DNA of 64,000 nucleotides, from NCBI GenBank assembly GCA_050250935.1, contig JBFWNS010000006.1, forward strand, positions 32,001-96,000, read 5' to 3'. Of the stretch, positions 9,774-18,843 are shown in pieces; within the stretch, counting starts at the first letter, position 1; the number at the start of each line of letters is the position of its first letter. The notes below the pieces were generated by a model, which was not told the DNA's origin, did no database searches, and saw only the letters and a program-made list of their open reading frames with translations. The stretch is from Candidatus Margulisiibacteriota bacterium (lineage in GTDB: Bacteria > Margulisbacteria > Marinamargulisbacteria > JBFWNS01). Position numbers and translations under genes: made by a program.

Positions 9774-10216
9774 TCGACCAACAGATCGTCCCGGTTTTGG
9801 TGGGTCAGCTCGAATTCTTTGCCATTTTTAACCACCCAGGTATGCCGTTCGGGGAGTTTTCGGATATCCACATGAACATGGTTACCCGAAAAATCCAGCC
9901 CAATTCCCATAAATTCGGGAACCCCTTCGGCCAATTTAAAGGTTTCAATAAGGCTGAGGTTGTCGATGGTAATGTCGGCGGCCACGCCCAAGATGTGGTA
10001 GTTTCGTTTGATGGTGCCTTCTTTTTCGGCGGCATCCGAACAGCTGTAGCCTTTGATGATGTTGATGCGGTTTTGGGCTTTGTCCCGCAACAGTTCCAGG
10101 CCGCCTACAAGGCCGAGCCCTAGTTTAAAAGATTCGTTGCAAGTCCCACATTTGCAGGTAAAGTCCCGTTTTGAAAAGTGGTCTGAAATTTTGTTGGAGC
10201 GTCTGTTTTTAGCCAT
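9770..10216 (-). CDS. Peptidase M15A (YcbK-like) family protein
   Basis: HFSKRDFTCKCG, GYSC, NYH..G.AADI, HVHVDIR. Confidence 0.8.
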   Translation of the reverse strand: MAKNRRSNKISDHFSKRDFTCKCGTCNESFKLGLGLVGGLELLRDKAQNRINIIKGYSCSDAAEKEGTIKRNYHILGVAADITIDNLSLIETFKLAEGVPEFMGIGLDFSGNHVHVDIRKLPERHTWVVKNGKEFELTHQNRDDLLVE

Positions 10217-10249
10217 GGGTCTCTAGTGTAGTCGATTGGGTCAGAGGTC

Positions 10250-10882
10250 TCAAGAGGGTGTTGCGTAACTGTCGAGTGCGGCTTTGACTTCGAGGATGTC
10301 TTGCCAGGTGAGCCATTTGGGACTGCCTTTTTCTCGGCTCTGGTTGCGCAATAAATACGAAGGGTGAAACATGGGCATGATGTAGAGGGGGTCTTCCATA
10401 TAGGGAACGGCGGCCTTGTACCAGTTGCCCCGAACTTTAGAAATGGGTAAGGGTTCTTCTAGGATGGTTTTAAGCGAGGGAGAGCCCAGCAAAATTAAAA
10501 CCTTGGGTTTCACCAGTTGCACCTGACGAATCAGGTAGGGTTTGCAGGCTTCGATTTCTGGGGTTAAAGGGGTTCTGTTCCCTGGGGGGCGGCATTTGAC
10601 CACGTTGGCAATGTAGGCGTCGGTTTCGCGGTTAATGCCAGCGGATTCTAGAATTTTGGTTAGCAGTTGGCCGGCTTTGCCCACAAAGGGAACCCCTTGG
10701 AGGTCTTCTTGTTCGCCAGGGCCTTCGCCGATAATCATCAGGTTACTTGGGACTTTTCCCGATCCCACCACCACGTTGGTTCTGGTGCTGTGGAGGCCAC
10801 AGTTTTGGCAACTGGAGCAGATTTCTTTAAGTTGGTCGTAGCTGTGTTCGTCGTAGGGGGTTTTGGAAAAAAGATCGATCAT
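10250..10882 (-). CDS. udg: Uracil-DNA glycosylase family 4 (4Fe-4S)
   Basis: CQNC, GEGPG..ED.QG.PFVG, NVVKCRPP, HPSYLLR. Confidence 0.93.
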   Translation of the reverse strand: MIDLFSKTPYDEHSYDQLKEICSSCQNCGLHSTRTNVVVGSGKVPSNLMIIGEGPGEQEDLQGVPFVGKAGQLLTKILESAGINRETDAYIANVVKCRPPGNRTPLTPEIEACKPYLIRQVQLVKPKVLILLGSPSLKTILEEPLPISKVRGNWYKAAVPYMEDPLYIMPMFHPSYLLRNQSREKGSPKWLTWQDILEVKAALDSYATPS

Positions 10883-10942
10883 GGCTCTATTCTAGTGCAT
10901 CCCCCCTTAGGCGGGTAGGGGTTTTGTGATACCCTATGTCTC

Positions 10943-12019
10943 ATGAGCCGAAAAAAAGGACGTCGAAAACCCAAACTTCGAATGGGTTGGCAATTGTGGG
11001 TGTTGTTTTCTTGTGCTGCAATTGCTTTGGCTTTTGGCCTGCTTTTAACCTGGTTTGTGTTTCAAATCTACATTCCGGTGTCCTATGAGGAACCGTCTAA
11101 GGTTGTCAAAATTCCCTATGGTTCCCATGCCGACGAAATTGGGAGGATTCTTAAAGAAAATGGACTCATTCGAAGCAGACATGCTTTTGCCTGGTATGCA
11201 CGGGTTTCCCATGTCAGTACCAAATTAAGGGCAGGCAAATACCGATTAAGCCCCGCTTATCCCATTCGAACCATGATGGTGGAATTGCAACATGCCAGTG
11301 GCATTTTAACCCGAGTTACCATTCCAGAAGGGTATACCGTTTGGCAAATCGGGCAAGTTCTGGATGATGAAGGCTTGATGCCCAAAGACCAGTTTGTGGC
11401 CTATATCCGAGATGGCGCTAAGCAAGACATGCTCAAAAAGCACCCTTTTTTAATGAAGGTGCCTACGGATAATATCGAAGGCTATTTGTTTCCAGATACC
11501 TATTTGTTTTCTCAAGGGGATACCAAACAAAAAATGGTGGATCGGTTTTTGACTCGATTCGAAGCTCAAATTTTGGCAGAATGGAAGGCAGCGCCCGAAG
11601 GTAAAGGAAGCGTGCGATCGCGTTTGTCTTTCCACGAGGCTGTTACTTTGGCTTCTATGGTTGAAAAAGAGGCACAGGGTACACGCGAAATGCCTTTAAT
11701 TGCTGGCGTTTTTTATCATCGCTTGGATCTGCGAATGCCCTTTGCTTCGGATCCCACTGTCATTTATGCCAAGGGATTGAGTCATCAGGCTCGGGTTACC
11801 TATCGGGATGTTGCCGTTGCTTCGCCCTATAACACCTATATTCATGTTGGATTGCCCCCAACGCCTATTGCCTCTCCTGGGCTTGATGCGTTTCGGGCTG
11901 TTTTGCAACCCACTAAAACCTATTATTTATTTTTTGTTGCTGATGGAACAGGCGGCCACAAATTTACAAAAACGTATGCTGATCACTTGGCTGTTCAAAA
12001 GGCCGCCCCGACAAAGTAA
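10943..12019 (+). CDS. mltG: Endolytic transglycosylase MltG
   Basis: N-terminal TM; TIPEG, EGYLFPDTY, LASMVEKEA, SDPTV, SPYNTY..GLPPTPI. Confidence 0.93.
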   Translation: MSRKKGRRKPKLRMGWQLWVLFSCAAIALAFGLLLTWFVFQIYIPVSYEEPSKVVKIPYGSHADEIGRILKENGLIRSRHAFAWYARVSHVSTKLRAGKYRLSPAYPIRTMMVELQHASGILTRVTIPEGYTVWQIGQVLDDEGLMPKDQFVAYIRDGAKQDMLKKHPFLMKVPTDNIEGYLFPDTYLFSQGDTKQKMVDRFLTRFEAQILAEWKAAPEGKGSVRSRLSFHEAVTLASMVEKEAQGTREMPLIAGVFYHRLDLRMPFASDPTVIYAKGLSHQARVTYRDVAVASPYNTYIHVGLPPTPIASPGLDAFRAVLQPTKTYYLFFVADGTGGHKFTKTYADHLAVQKAAPTK

Positions 12020-12034
12020 GGAAAAAGCGGGGAA

Positions 12035-12406
12035 TTAAAGCGGTTTATCTTCGGGTTCAATGGGTGGAATTTCTTTGGATTTTGAATAATCGAGAATCTG
12101 GAAATTTTCGGCCACGACTTCGGTGATCCAATGACGTTGATCATCTTTGTCGTAGTTTCGAACTTGAATGCGTCCCCAAACCAAAATAGCTGACCCTTTT
12201 TTGAGCAGCTGATAGGAAATCTCGGCGGTCCGTCCCCAAAGGCAGATGGGTATAAAATCCGTTTCTTTGGCTGTTCCTGGCCGACGGTATTGTCTTTCTA
12301 CTGCGAGAATAAATGTAGTTTTTGATTGGGTATTGGAAATTCGTTTAATTTCTGGATCCTTGGCCAATCGTCCCACAAGAGTGACTTGATTATAGTTTTG
12401 ACTCAT
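12035..12406 (-). CDS. ssb: Single-stranded DNA-binding protein, short paralog
   Basis: NQVTLVGRLAKDPE, TDFIPICLWG, GRIQVRNY, TEVVAE; start set to ATG 12406 behind AAGGAG. Confidence 0.9.
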   Translation of the reverse strand: MSQNYNQVTLVGRLAKDPEIKRISNTQSKTTFILAVERQYRRPGTAKETDFIPICLWGRTAEISYQLLKKGSAILVWGRIQVRNYDKDDQRHWITEVVAENFQILDYSKSKEIPPIEPEDKPL

Positions 12407-12505
12407 CACCGACTCCTTACTTAGAATAGGGTATATATCTGTGTATTCCACCGACAAAGCGCCAGCTTGTTTTAGGGAACTCCTTCTGATATATACGATG
12501 CTAAA

Positions 12506-12534
12506 AATATACTGATTTCTAATAATCGCGTCAA
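12506..12534 (-). promoter_or_regulatory. Sigma70-type promoter for ssb
   Basis: TTGACG-17 nt-TATATT on the minus strand. Confidence 0.6.
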
Positions 12535-12610
12535 GAAAATATTTTGTACCTATTGCACTAACCTTCTGGTTGAACGCAAGAAAACCGTGGTAAAATTTCG
12601 ACTTTAAATC

Positions 12611-13681
12611 ATGAGGCTAGATTTATTTGACTATCACCTACCGGCCCATTTGATTGCAAATGAGCCCTCACCGGTTCGAGACCAAAGCCGATTGATGGTG
12701 GTTTCCCGCACCAGCGAGTCGGTTTTTCACCGTCGTTTTCAGGATATAGGTGACTATTTGAATCCTGGAGATGCCTTGGTTTTGAACAATACCAAGGTGT
12801 TTTGTGCCCGTTTAACGGCAAAAAAAAGCACGGGGGCGGTTCTCGAAGTCTTTTTGCTGCATCCCATCGACGATGAGGGGCAGGCCCTTCCCCTAAGCCA
12901 ACTGGATCCCCAAGCCAAGAGTGGGCTGTGGAAGATCTTGGTGAAGCCGGCCAAACGCATTAAGGCCCAAGATCGGTTGGTGGTGGATGCGCATTTATCG
13001 ATTTTGATTTGTTCCAAAGACCCAAGAGGTATTGTGGGGCATTTGGACTGTGATCGCCCCTTGCTCGAGTATTTGGATTCAACCGGGGATGTGCCCTTGC
13101 CGCCTTATATTCAGAGTTCTTTGTCCCGAGATGCGCTGTTGGATCGTTACCAAACCATTTATGCCGGCCCCCAAGGGTCTGTGGCTGCCCCGACCGCGGG
13201 ATTACATTTTACCCCCGATTTGCTTCAGAGGCTGGTGGCAAAGGGGGTAGAGCTGGTTTATGTGACCTTGCATGTGGGCTATGGTACTTTTCAGCCCATC
13301 ACAACGGACGATATTACCCAGCACCAAATGCACCCCGAATGGTATGATGTGTCTGAGCATGCCGCGGAAACCCTGAATCGGGTTCGTCGTTTGGGTGGGC
13401 GTGTCTTTGCGGTTGGAACCACTTCTGCGCGAACATTGGAGACGCTATTTCATGACCAGTATGTTGCAGGATCGGGCTACACCACGGCCTATTTTTATCC
13501 CGGATATACCTTTAAAGCCGTGGATGGCTTGGTGACCAATTTTCATTTGCCAAAATCGTCGCTGATGCTTTTGGTTTCGGCTTTGCTGGGCCGGGATCGG
13601 GTGATGACACTTTATGACTTGGCCATTGAAGAAGCGTATCGGTTTTTTAGTTTTGGCGATGCCATGATGGTCTTGCCGTGA
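12611..13681 (+). CDS. queA: S-adenosylmethionine:tRNA ribosyltransferase-isomerase
   Basis: FDYHLP, PLPPYI, RYQTIYA, SVAAPTAGLHFT, TLHVGYGTF, TNFHLPKSSL, FFSFGDAM. Confidence 0.97.
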   Translation: MRLDLFDYHLPAHLIANEPSPVRDQSRLMVVSRTSESVFHRRFQDIGDYLNPGDALVLNNTKVFCARLTAKKSTGAVLEVFLLHPIDDEGQALPLSQLDPQAKSGLWKILVKPAKRIKAQDRLVVDAHLSILICSKDPRGIVGHLDCDRPLLEYLDSTGDVPLPPYIQSSLSRDALLDRYQTIYAGPQGSVAAPTAGLHFTPDLLQRLVAKGVELVYVTLHVGYGTFQPITTDDITQHQMHPEWYDVSEHAAETLNRVRRLGGRVFAVGTTSARTLETLFHDQYVAGSGYTTAYFYPGYTFKAVDGLVTNFHLPKSSLMLLVSALLGRDRVMTLYDLAIEEAYRFFSFGDAMMVLP

Positions 13682-16600
13682 GATGGCTTTGGGGGATTTT
13701 GGGGCTGGCTTTAATCCTGCCCGTTTTGGTTTTTGCTCAAGCGCCGGCTGCCGAAAAGGTGGCCTATGTTCGGGTTAATAAGCCCATAGCCCAGGTTAAA
13801 CAAGAGCCTTTTTCGGACACCAAGACCACGTTTTTGGTGTATCAATCCGGGGTTTTTCGGGTGATGGGCGATGTGAGCGGGTATTATTTGATCCAGTTTT
13901 TGGATGGGCAAGATGGGTGGTTGGCCAAAGAAGATGGGGATGTGTATGAAGGCCCTAGCCCGCCGCCACCCGAGCAAATGGGCTATGCCGATGTTTTTAT
14001 CCCCCCGCCCGAAACCCAATTGTCCGTTCCTGTGGAATTGAGTCCGACCCCGGCTATTCAATTGGCCGGAGATGATGGTCCCCAGCCCGCTGTGCCCACT
14101 GAAACCATTGTTCAAATGCCTATACCCGAATCCCCCTATTTGGATACCCCCAATCGCGATTCGTTTCGCTATCCCTTTCCGCCGCCGAATCCCTATCCCG
14201 ATTTGAACTTGGCTGGGTTTTACGAAGGTAAAATCAGTGGTCGGAATTACGAGCCGAAATCGGTGACGGATCCCCGGTGGAATACCATCCGAAACGACCC
14301 GATTTATAACAAACTGCCGCCCGATGTTTTGGTGGGCGATCCCCGCATCGAGTTGCGGTATCGGTTTAATGTGGATGGCAAATTGGATGAAGATTTGGCC
14401 GTGCACTATGACATCGAGCAAGAGCCAGATTTTCCTGGAAAATACGACATTAAAGTGAAGTACAAAAAAACAGAAATGACCTTCTGGCAATTTGATTCTG
14501 AATTCAAAAACGGGGAGTTTATCAACCTTCAACGGGCTTTGGATGGGTTCAAATTGACCTCGTACGACGACAATTGGGAAACCATTGTGGCTGTGGGTCG
14601 CCAGCGGTCAGAACCCAGAAAATACGACACCAATGGGGATGGGTCTAATATCATTAAATTGGGGAATACCTCGATTCTAGAAGGGTCTGTGAAGGTGTTT
14701 GTGAACAATGGCTTAAAAACCGAAGGGGTGGATTACACGATTAACTATTATTCGGGGGAAATTACCTTTAAAGAACGCAAAACCGTCGAGGACTTTATCC
14801 GGGTTATCTATGAATTTACCAATCCTATCGAGGATTTTTTACCGGTTTTATCGCGTAAAAACTTTATAGGGGGTCAGTTTATTTGGCGGTCGACGCCCAA
14901 GCCTGTCGAGACCAAGTATTCGGGAAAATCCACCGAAGAACTGTGGCCGAATCCCAGTGCTTCATCCAACGTGACGTTCAAACTTAAAAATTCCTACCTG
15001 GTTTTGGGAACCGAGATGCTGACCCTGAATAATCGGCCCTTAAGAAAAAACAAAGACTATACCCTCGATCAACAGGCTGGCACCATTACCCTGTTGGACG
15101 AAACCCTTGGCCCAGACGACCGTTTGGTGATGTCTTACGAGTACTATCAAATCGAAGACAATGCCGACGATTTAATCGGTTCAAACAGTACCGGGCCCTA
15201 TCTGTTAAGCCGAAAAAACATTCTGTTTGGGACGGTGTCGGTGGTTGCCAATGGATTGGCCATGACCGAAGGGGTGGACTATACCTTGGATTATGCGGCA
15301 GGGAAATTGAATTTTCGGTTTCCCATTGCCTATCCTTCAGTCATAACCGCGGTTTACAAGGCTGTAAAATCCTCTGTGGCCATTCCCAAAATTAAGGATG
15401 CCACCCCGTTTTCTGTTGGCGTAACCTATTTGAACGAATATGTTAGGTCCCAAGATCAGCAGTTGGAATCTGCGGTTCCTACCGAAACCTATACGGTTTC
15501 CAGCAACGTGTTTCATACCAATTCTTTTCCCATTAATCCTTCAAAAGATGTCACGGTCTTGGTGAATGGGGCCACGGCCAATGTGGTGGTCAGCAACCCC
15601 TATACCGGGGAAATTACCATTGTTTCGCCGGTGATTTCCGGTTCTGCCAAGGTGGATGTGACCTATACCTATCGCAAAAGTCTTCGGACCACGGCGATTT
15701 TCCAGGTTAAAAATCCCCGCAGTGATGGCTTGTACTCGACCCAAGCCAACGATTTCTTTTTAAAAGACACGCCGGTTAAGTATAAAGGCATCAGCTATAT
15801 CAGCATTTACAGGGGGGTAGAAATTCGTTTGGCCGATGGGCAGGATTTTATTTCGGATTACGATCCCAATGGCCAGCAAGGTCAGCAATTGGCGATTCGA
15901 TTTTTGAAGGCCGATCCCAGTAACCAATCGACGTTAACCGATCTGCCCCGAGCTGGGGAACGGATTACGATTGTCTATGACTATACCCCAGCTTCGAGTC
16001 CCGATCCTGGCAACATCGACCAAAAAATGGTGGGCCTGACTTTTGGGGCCAAGCTTACCGATGAATTGTCGGTGAATACCGAGGTTGCTGGGGCTCAGAA
16101 CAACTTTGAACGCCCGAAAAAATCCACCACCTTTACCCAAGCTGGGACCGGCCAAGACAGCACGGAATATATTTTGGGCCAGAATAACATCGTTGAAAAT
16201 TCGGAATATGTCTATTTGGACAACCGTCTTCAAACCAAAGACCGGGATTATGTCATTAACTATTTGAACGGTCGGTTGCGGTTTCGCAATTTAACCCCGG
16301 GTCCCAATAATACCATTCGGGTGGACTATGACTATTTTGATACCACAGCTGTTACCAAGGCAGGGGTTGAAAAAGACTTTAAATTTGCCACGAAAGTAGG
16401 CGTGGCCTATAAAACCGATACCTTGGACATTAAAACCAGTTTGAAGAACATCGATCGCGATTTTGTGCCCTTGGCCCCCATTCAAGATCCCAAAGGATCT
16501 ACAGCGTTTACCAATGCTGTGGTGTGGAAGCTGTCGCCTTTGGAAACCCTCAGCACAGACTACAACCATTTTCAGATTTTTAGGGCCAAAAAAGACAACA

Positions 16601-18843
16601 ATTCCGATGCGTTTTTGAATCAAGATGAGTTCAAAGTGGGGTCTCGCTTGCTGTTTTGGGATGGGTATTTTGATACCACTCAGCAATTTCGGTATTTTCA
16701 AGAAATACAAGATCCTTTAACCACGGTGGCCACCGAAAATTTACACGATGTGGATAGCTATACCTATGCCTATGACGGCAGTGTTTCCTTTGGTCCCGAT
16801 ACCTTTAGAACCAAAATTACCAAGGGTTTGGCCCGGTCCACCAACGACTTTTTAGACCGGGTGGCGTTGTCCGACAATTATGTGGATAAAACCAGTTTGG
16901 AATCGACCATGGCGTTTCGCAATGTGTTTTTATTGGGGGATACCCGATTTTCGCCTTTATACGATCGGTCTCAGACCACCACGGTGACCCAGGTTTCCCC
17001 GACCCAAAATTTGGATGCTGTTTCGACCCGTACCACTTATGGGTTTAAGTCGCGGTTTGTGCCTCATCCCACCCTCAGTATGAGCGCCAACTATGATTTG
17101 CAAGAGATTAAAGACCAGGGGTCGGCGGTGTCTGAAAATGTAACCTATGTTCGCAATAACTATTACGATGCCGATTTTAACCCCTTCGGTTGGGTTCAAA
17201 GCCGAGCCGACTATCAACGCAGCGAGGCCGAAAGTCCCTTGGTGGGTCAAAAAGGACACATGGAAGAGCGGACCAATTTCCGCATTTCTCGGTTTTCGCC
17301 CTATGGCATGGCCACATCGGCGCTTGGGGTTTCGCAGCGAGAAGTATGGTTGTCTCCGATTCGCGAGTCGTATCTGTCTTTTGATGTCAACGACAGTAAC
17401 ACCCGCGATAACAACGATAAAAACCTGTTTAACCGCAATCACAACCGGTTGGGATTGTACCAAGTGACGCCCTGGACAGGGTTGCGATTAAGCCAGATTT
17501 TTTGGGAAAACGAAAGGTCGGGTGGGTTGACGTCTTTGGAGACAACCACCGTGTCTCGGAATGCCACCACCCGGGAATACGATCACCAGGGCGCCACTTT
17601 TTCAGTAACCCCAGAATGGTCGATTTTACAGCTGTTTACCTATCAATTTGACTATGATCAAGCCAACGATAAAAACTTGAATAACCAAGTGGCGAACTCG
17701 GGGACCTCGAACCGAACCACCGAAAATCGACCCTTTTTTAAGCGCAATCAACGACTGTCTTTTTCCCCAGGCGAGGTAAGGTTCTTGGGCATTAGTCTTG
17801 GAAAATCCTATGCTGTTTTAGAAGAAAACTGGAACAATAACACCAATTCACGTCGCTCCGAGGACTATTTGCCCGATGGCACGGTGGTGACCACCTCGGT
17901 GTTTCAAGACAATGCCTCGATTAAAACCCTTAAACTGTCTGCGGGCTGTGTTCCGTTTCAAACGATTACTTTGGATGGCACGGTAAGCAGCACCAACGAG
18001 GTGTATAACCGAAACTTGAATGCCAATGCCCAAGGGACAACTTACAAACTCTCTCGGGATTTGTTGTTAACGGGGCAATATACCCCCTGGGGATTTTTGA
18101 GTTTGAATTCCAAATATGCGTTGTCGACCCTGTCTCAATATCGATCGCCTTATATCAATACCTCTTTGGACAGTCTTTTGGCTGCTAAAGCAGCCCAGAC
18201 CGATGTGTTTTTGGACTATTTGGGGCGCTATCAAAGCCAAATCGATTGGTTGGTGACCTTGACGCCTATCTCGTTTTTTTCGGTTCGAACGGGGCTGGGA
18301 TACAAAGTCATCCAGGAATCTTATGTGGTGACGGCAAGTGCCCAGTCGGATGATGCGATTCTTCAACAAATTACAACCGTAGGGTCTGTGCTGCGGCCTA
18401 TTTTGAATATGGATATTTCCTATGATTATTCGGTTAAACAAACGCTTCGCAATGGCATCGACAACGGGCAGGGGTATAGCGGCCGAACGGTTTTGGCCTA
18501 TAAACCCATCACTTGGGCTGGAGTCGAGGTGGTGTTTAGCTATGAACGGGTGGATACCTGGGGCAAAGATTTGTCCGATTTGGATCGGGATTTAAGCATT
18601 CAAGGGACGGGTAATGATATTCGAACCACCATTTTGGAACGCAAAGACAGCGTGGAAACGGGAAGCTTAAGAATCAACATTAATATTCCCCTGAATGCCC
18701 CCTATGTTAAAAATCTGGTGATTACGGGAGAAGGGTATCTTAAGAAAATTAAAAATGAATTGGATGCGTTTAAGGGCCCAGATGAACCCAAGACCAGCTA
18801 TGAAATTTCAGGGATGTATCTGAAAGGAACCCTAAATTTTTAA
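13678..18843 (+). CDS. Very large predicted outer-membrane beta-barrel protein with SH3-like N-terminus and SprA-like repeats
   Basis: Signal peptide; SH3b-like YYLIQFLDGQDGWL; Pro-rich linker; repeats such as GSVKVFVNNGLKTEGVDYTINYYSGEITF; many amphipathic strands; C-terminal beta-signal GMYLKGTLNF. Confidence 0.65.
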   Translation: MRWLWGILGLALILPVLVFAQAPAAEKVAYVRVNKPIAQVKQEPFSDTKTTFLVYQSGVFRVMGDVSGYYLIQFLDGQDGWLAKEDGDVYEGPSPPPPEQMGYADVFIPPPETQLSVPVELSPTPAIQLAGDDGPQPAVPTETIVQMPIPESPYLDTPNRDSFRYPFPPPNPYPDLNLAGFYEGKISGRNYEPKSVTDPRWNTIRNDPIYNKLPPDVLVGDPRIELRYRFNVDGKLDEDLAVHYDIEQEPDFPGKYDIKVKYKKTEMTFWQFDSEFKNGEFINLQRALDGFKLTSYDDNWETIVAVGRQRSEPRKYDTNGDGSNIIKLGNTSILEGSVKVFVNNGLKTEGVDYTINYYSGEITFKERKTVEDFIRVIYEFTNPIEDFLPVLSRKNFIGGQFIWRSTPKPVETKYSGKSTEELWPNPSASSNVTFKLKNSYLVLGTEMLTLNNRPLRKNKDYTLDQQAGTITLLDETLGPDDRLVMSYEYYQIEDNADDLIGSNSTGPYLLSRKNILFGTVSVVANGLAMTEGVDYTLDYAAGKLNFRFPIAYPSVITAVYKAVKSSVAIPKIKDATPFSVGVTYLNEYVRSQDQQLESAVPTETYTVSSNVFHTNSFPINPSKDVTVLVNGATANVVVSNPYTGEITIVSPVISGSAKVDVTYTYRKSLRTTAIFQVKNPRSDGLYSTQANDFFLKDTPVKYKGISYISIYRGVEIRLADGQDFISDYDPNGQQGQQLAIRFLKADPSNQSTLTDLPRAGERITIVYDYTPASSPDPGNIDQKMVGLTFGAKLTDELSVNTEVAGAQNNFERPKKSTTFTQAGTGQDSTEYILGQNNIVENSEYVYLDNRLQTKDRDYVINYLNGRLRFRNLTPGPNNTIRVDYDYFDTTAVTKAGVEKDFKFATKVGVAYKTDTLDIKTSLKNIDRDFVPLAPIQDPKGSTAFTNAVVWKLSPLETLSTDYNHFQIFRAKKDNNSDAFLNQDEFKVGSRLLFWDGYFDTTQQFRYFQEIQDPLTTVATENLHDVDSYTYAYDGSVSFGPDTFRTKITKGLARSTNDFLDRVALSDNYVDKTSLESTMAFRNVFLLGDTRFSPLYDRSQTTTVTQVSPTQNLDAVSTRTTYGFKSRFVPHPTLSMSANYDLQEIKDQGSAVSENVTYVRNNYYDADFNPFGWVQSRADYQRSEAESPLVGQKGHMEERTNFRISRFSPYGMATSALGVSQREVWLSPIRESYLSFDVNDSNTRDNNDKNLFNRNHNRLGLYQVTPWTGLRLSQIFWENERSGGLTSLETTTVSRNATTREYDHQGATFSVTPEWSILQLFTYQFDYDQANDKNLNNQVANSGTSNRTTENRPFFKRNQRLSFSPGEVRFLGISLGKSYAVLEENWNNNTNSRRSEDYLPDGTVVTTSVFQDNASIKTLKLSAGCVPFQTITLDGTVSSTNEVYNRNLNANAQGTTYKLSRDLLLTGQYTPWGFLSLNSKYALSTLSQYRSPYINTSLDSLLAAKAAQTDVFLDYLGRYQSQIDWLVTLTPISFFSVRTGLGYKVIQESYVVTASAQSDDAILQQITTVGSVLRPILNMDISYDYSVKQTLRNGIDNGQGYSGRTVLAYKPITWAGVEVVFSYERVDTWGKDLSDLDRDLSIQGTGNDIRTTILERKDSVETGSLRININIPLNAPYVKNLVITGEGYLKKIKNELDAFKGPDEPKTSYEISGMYLKGTLNF

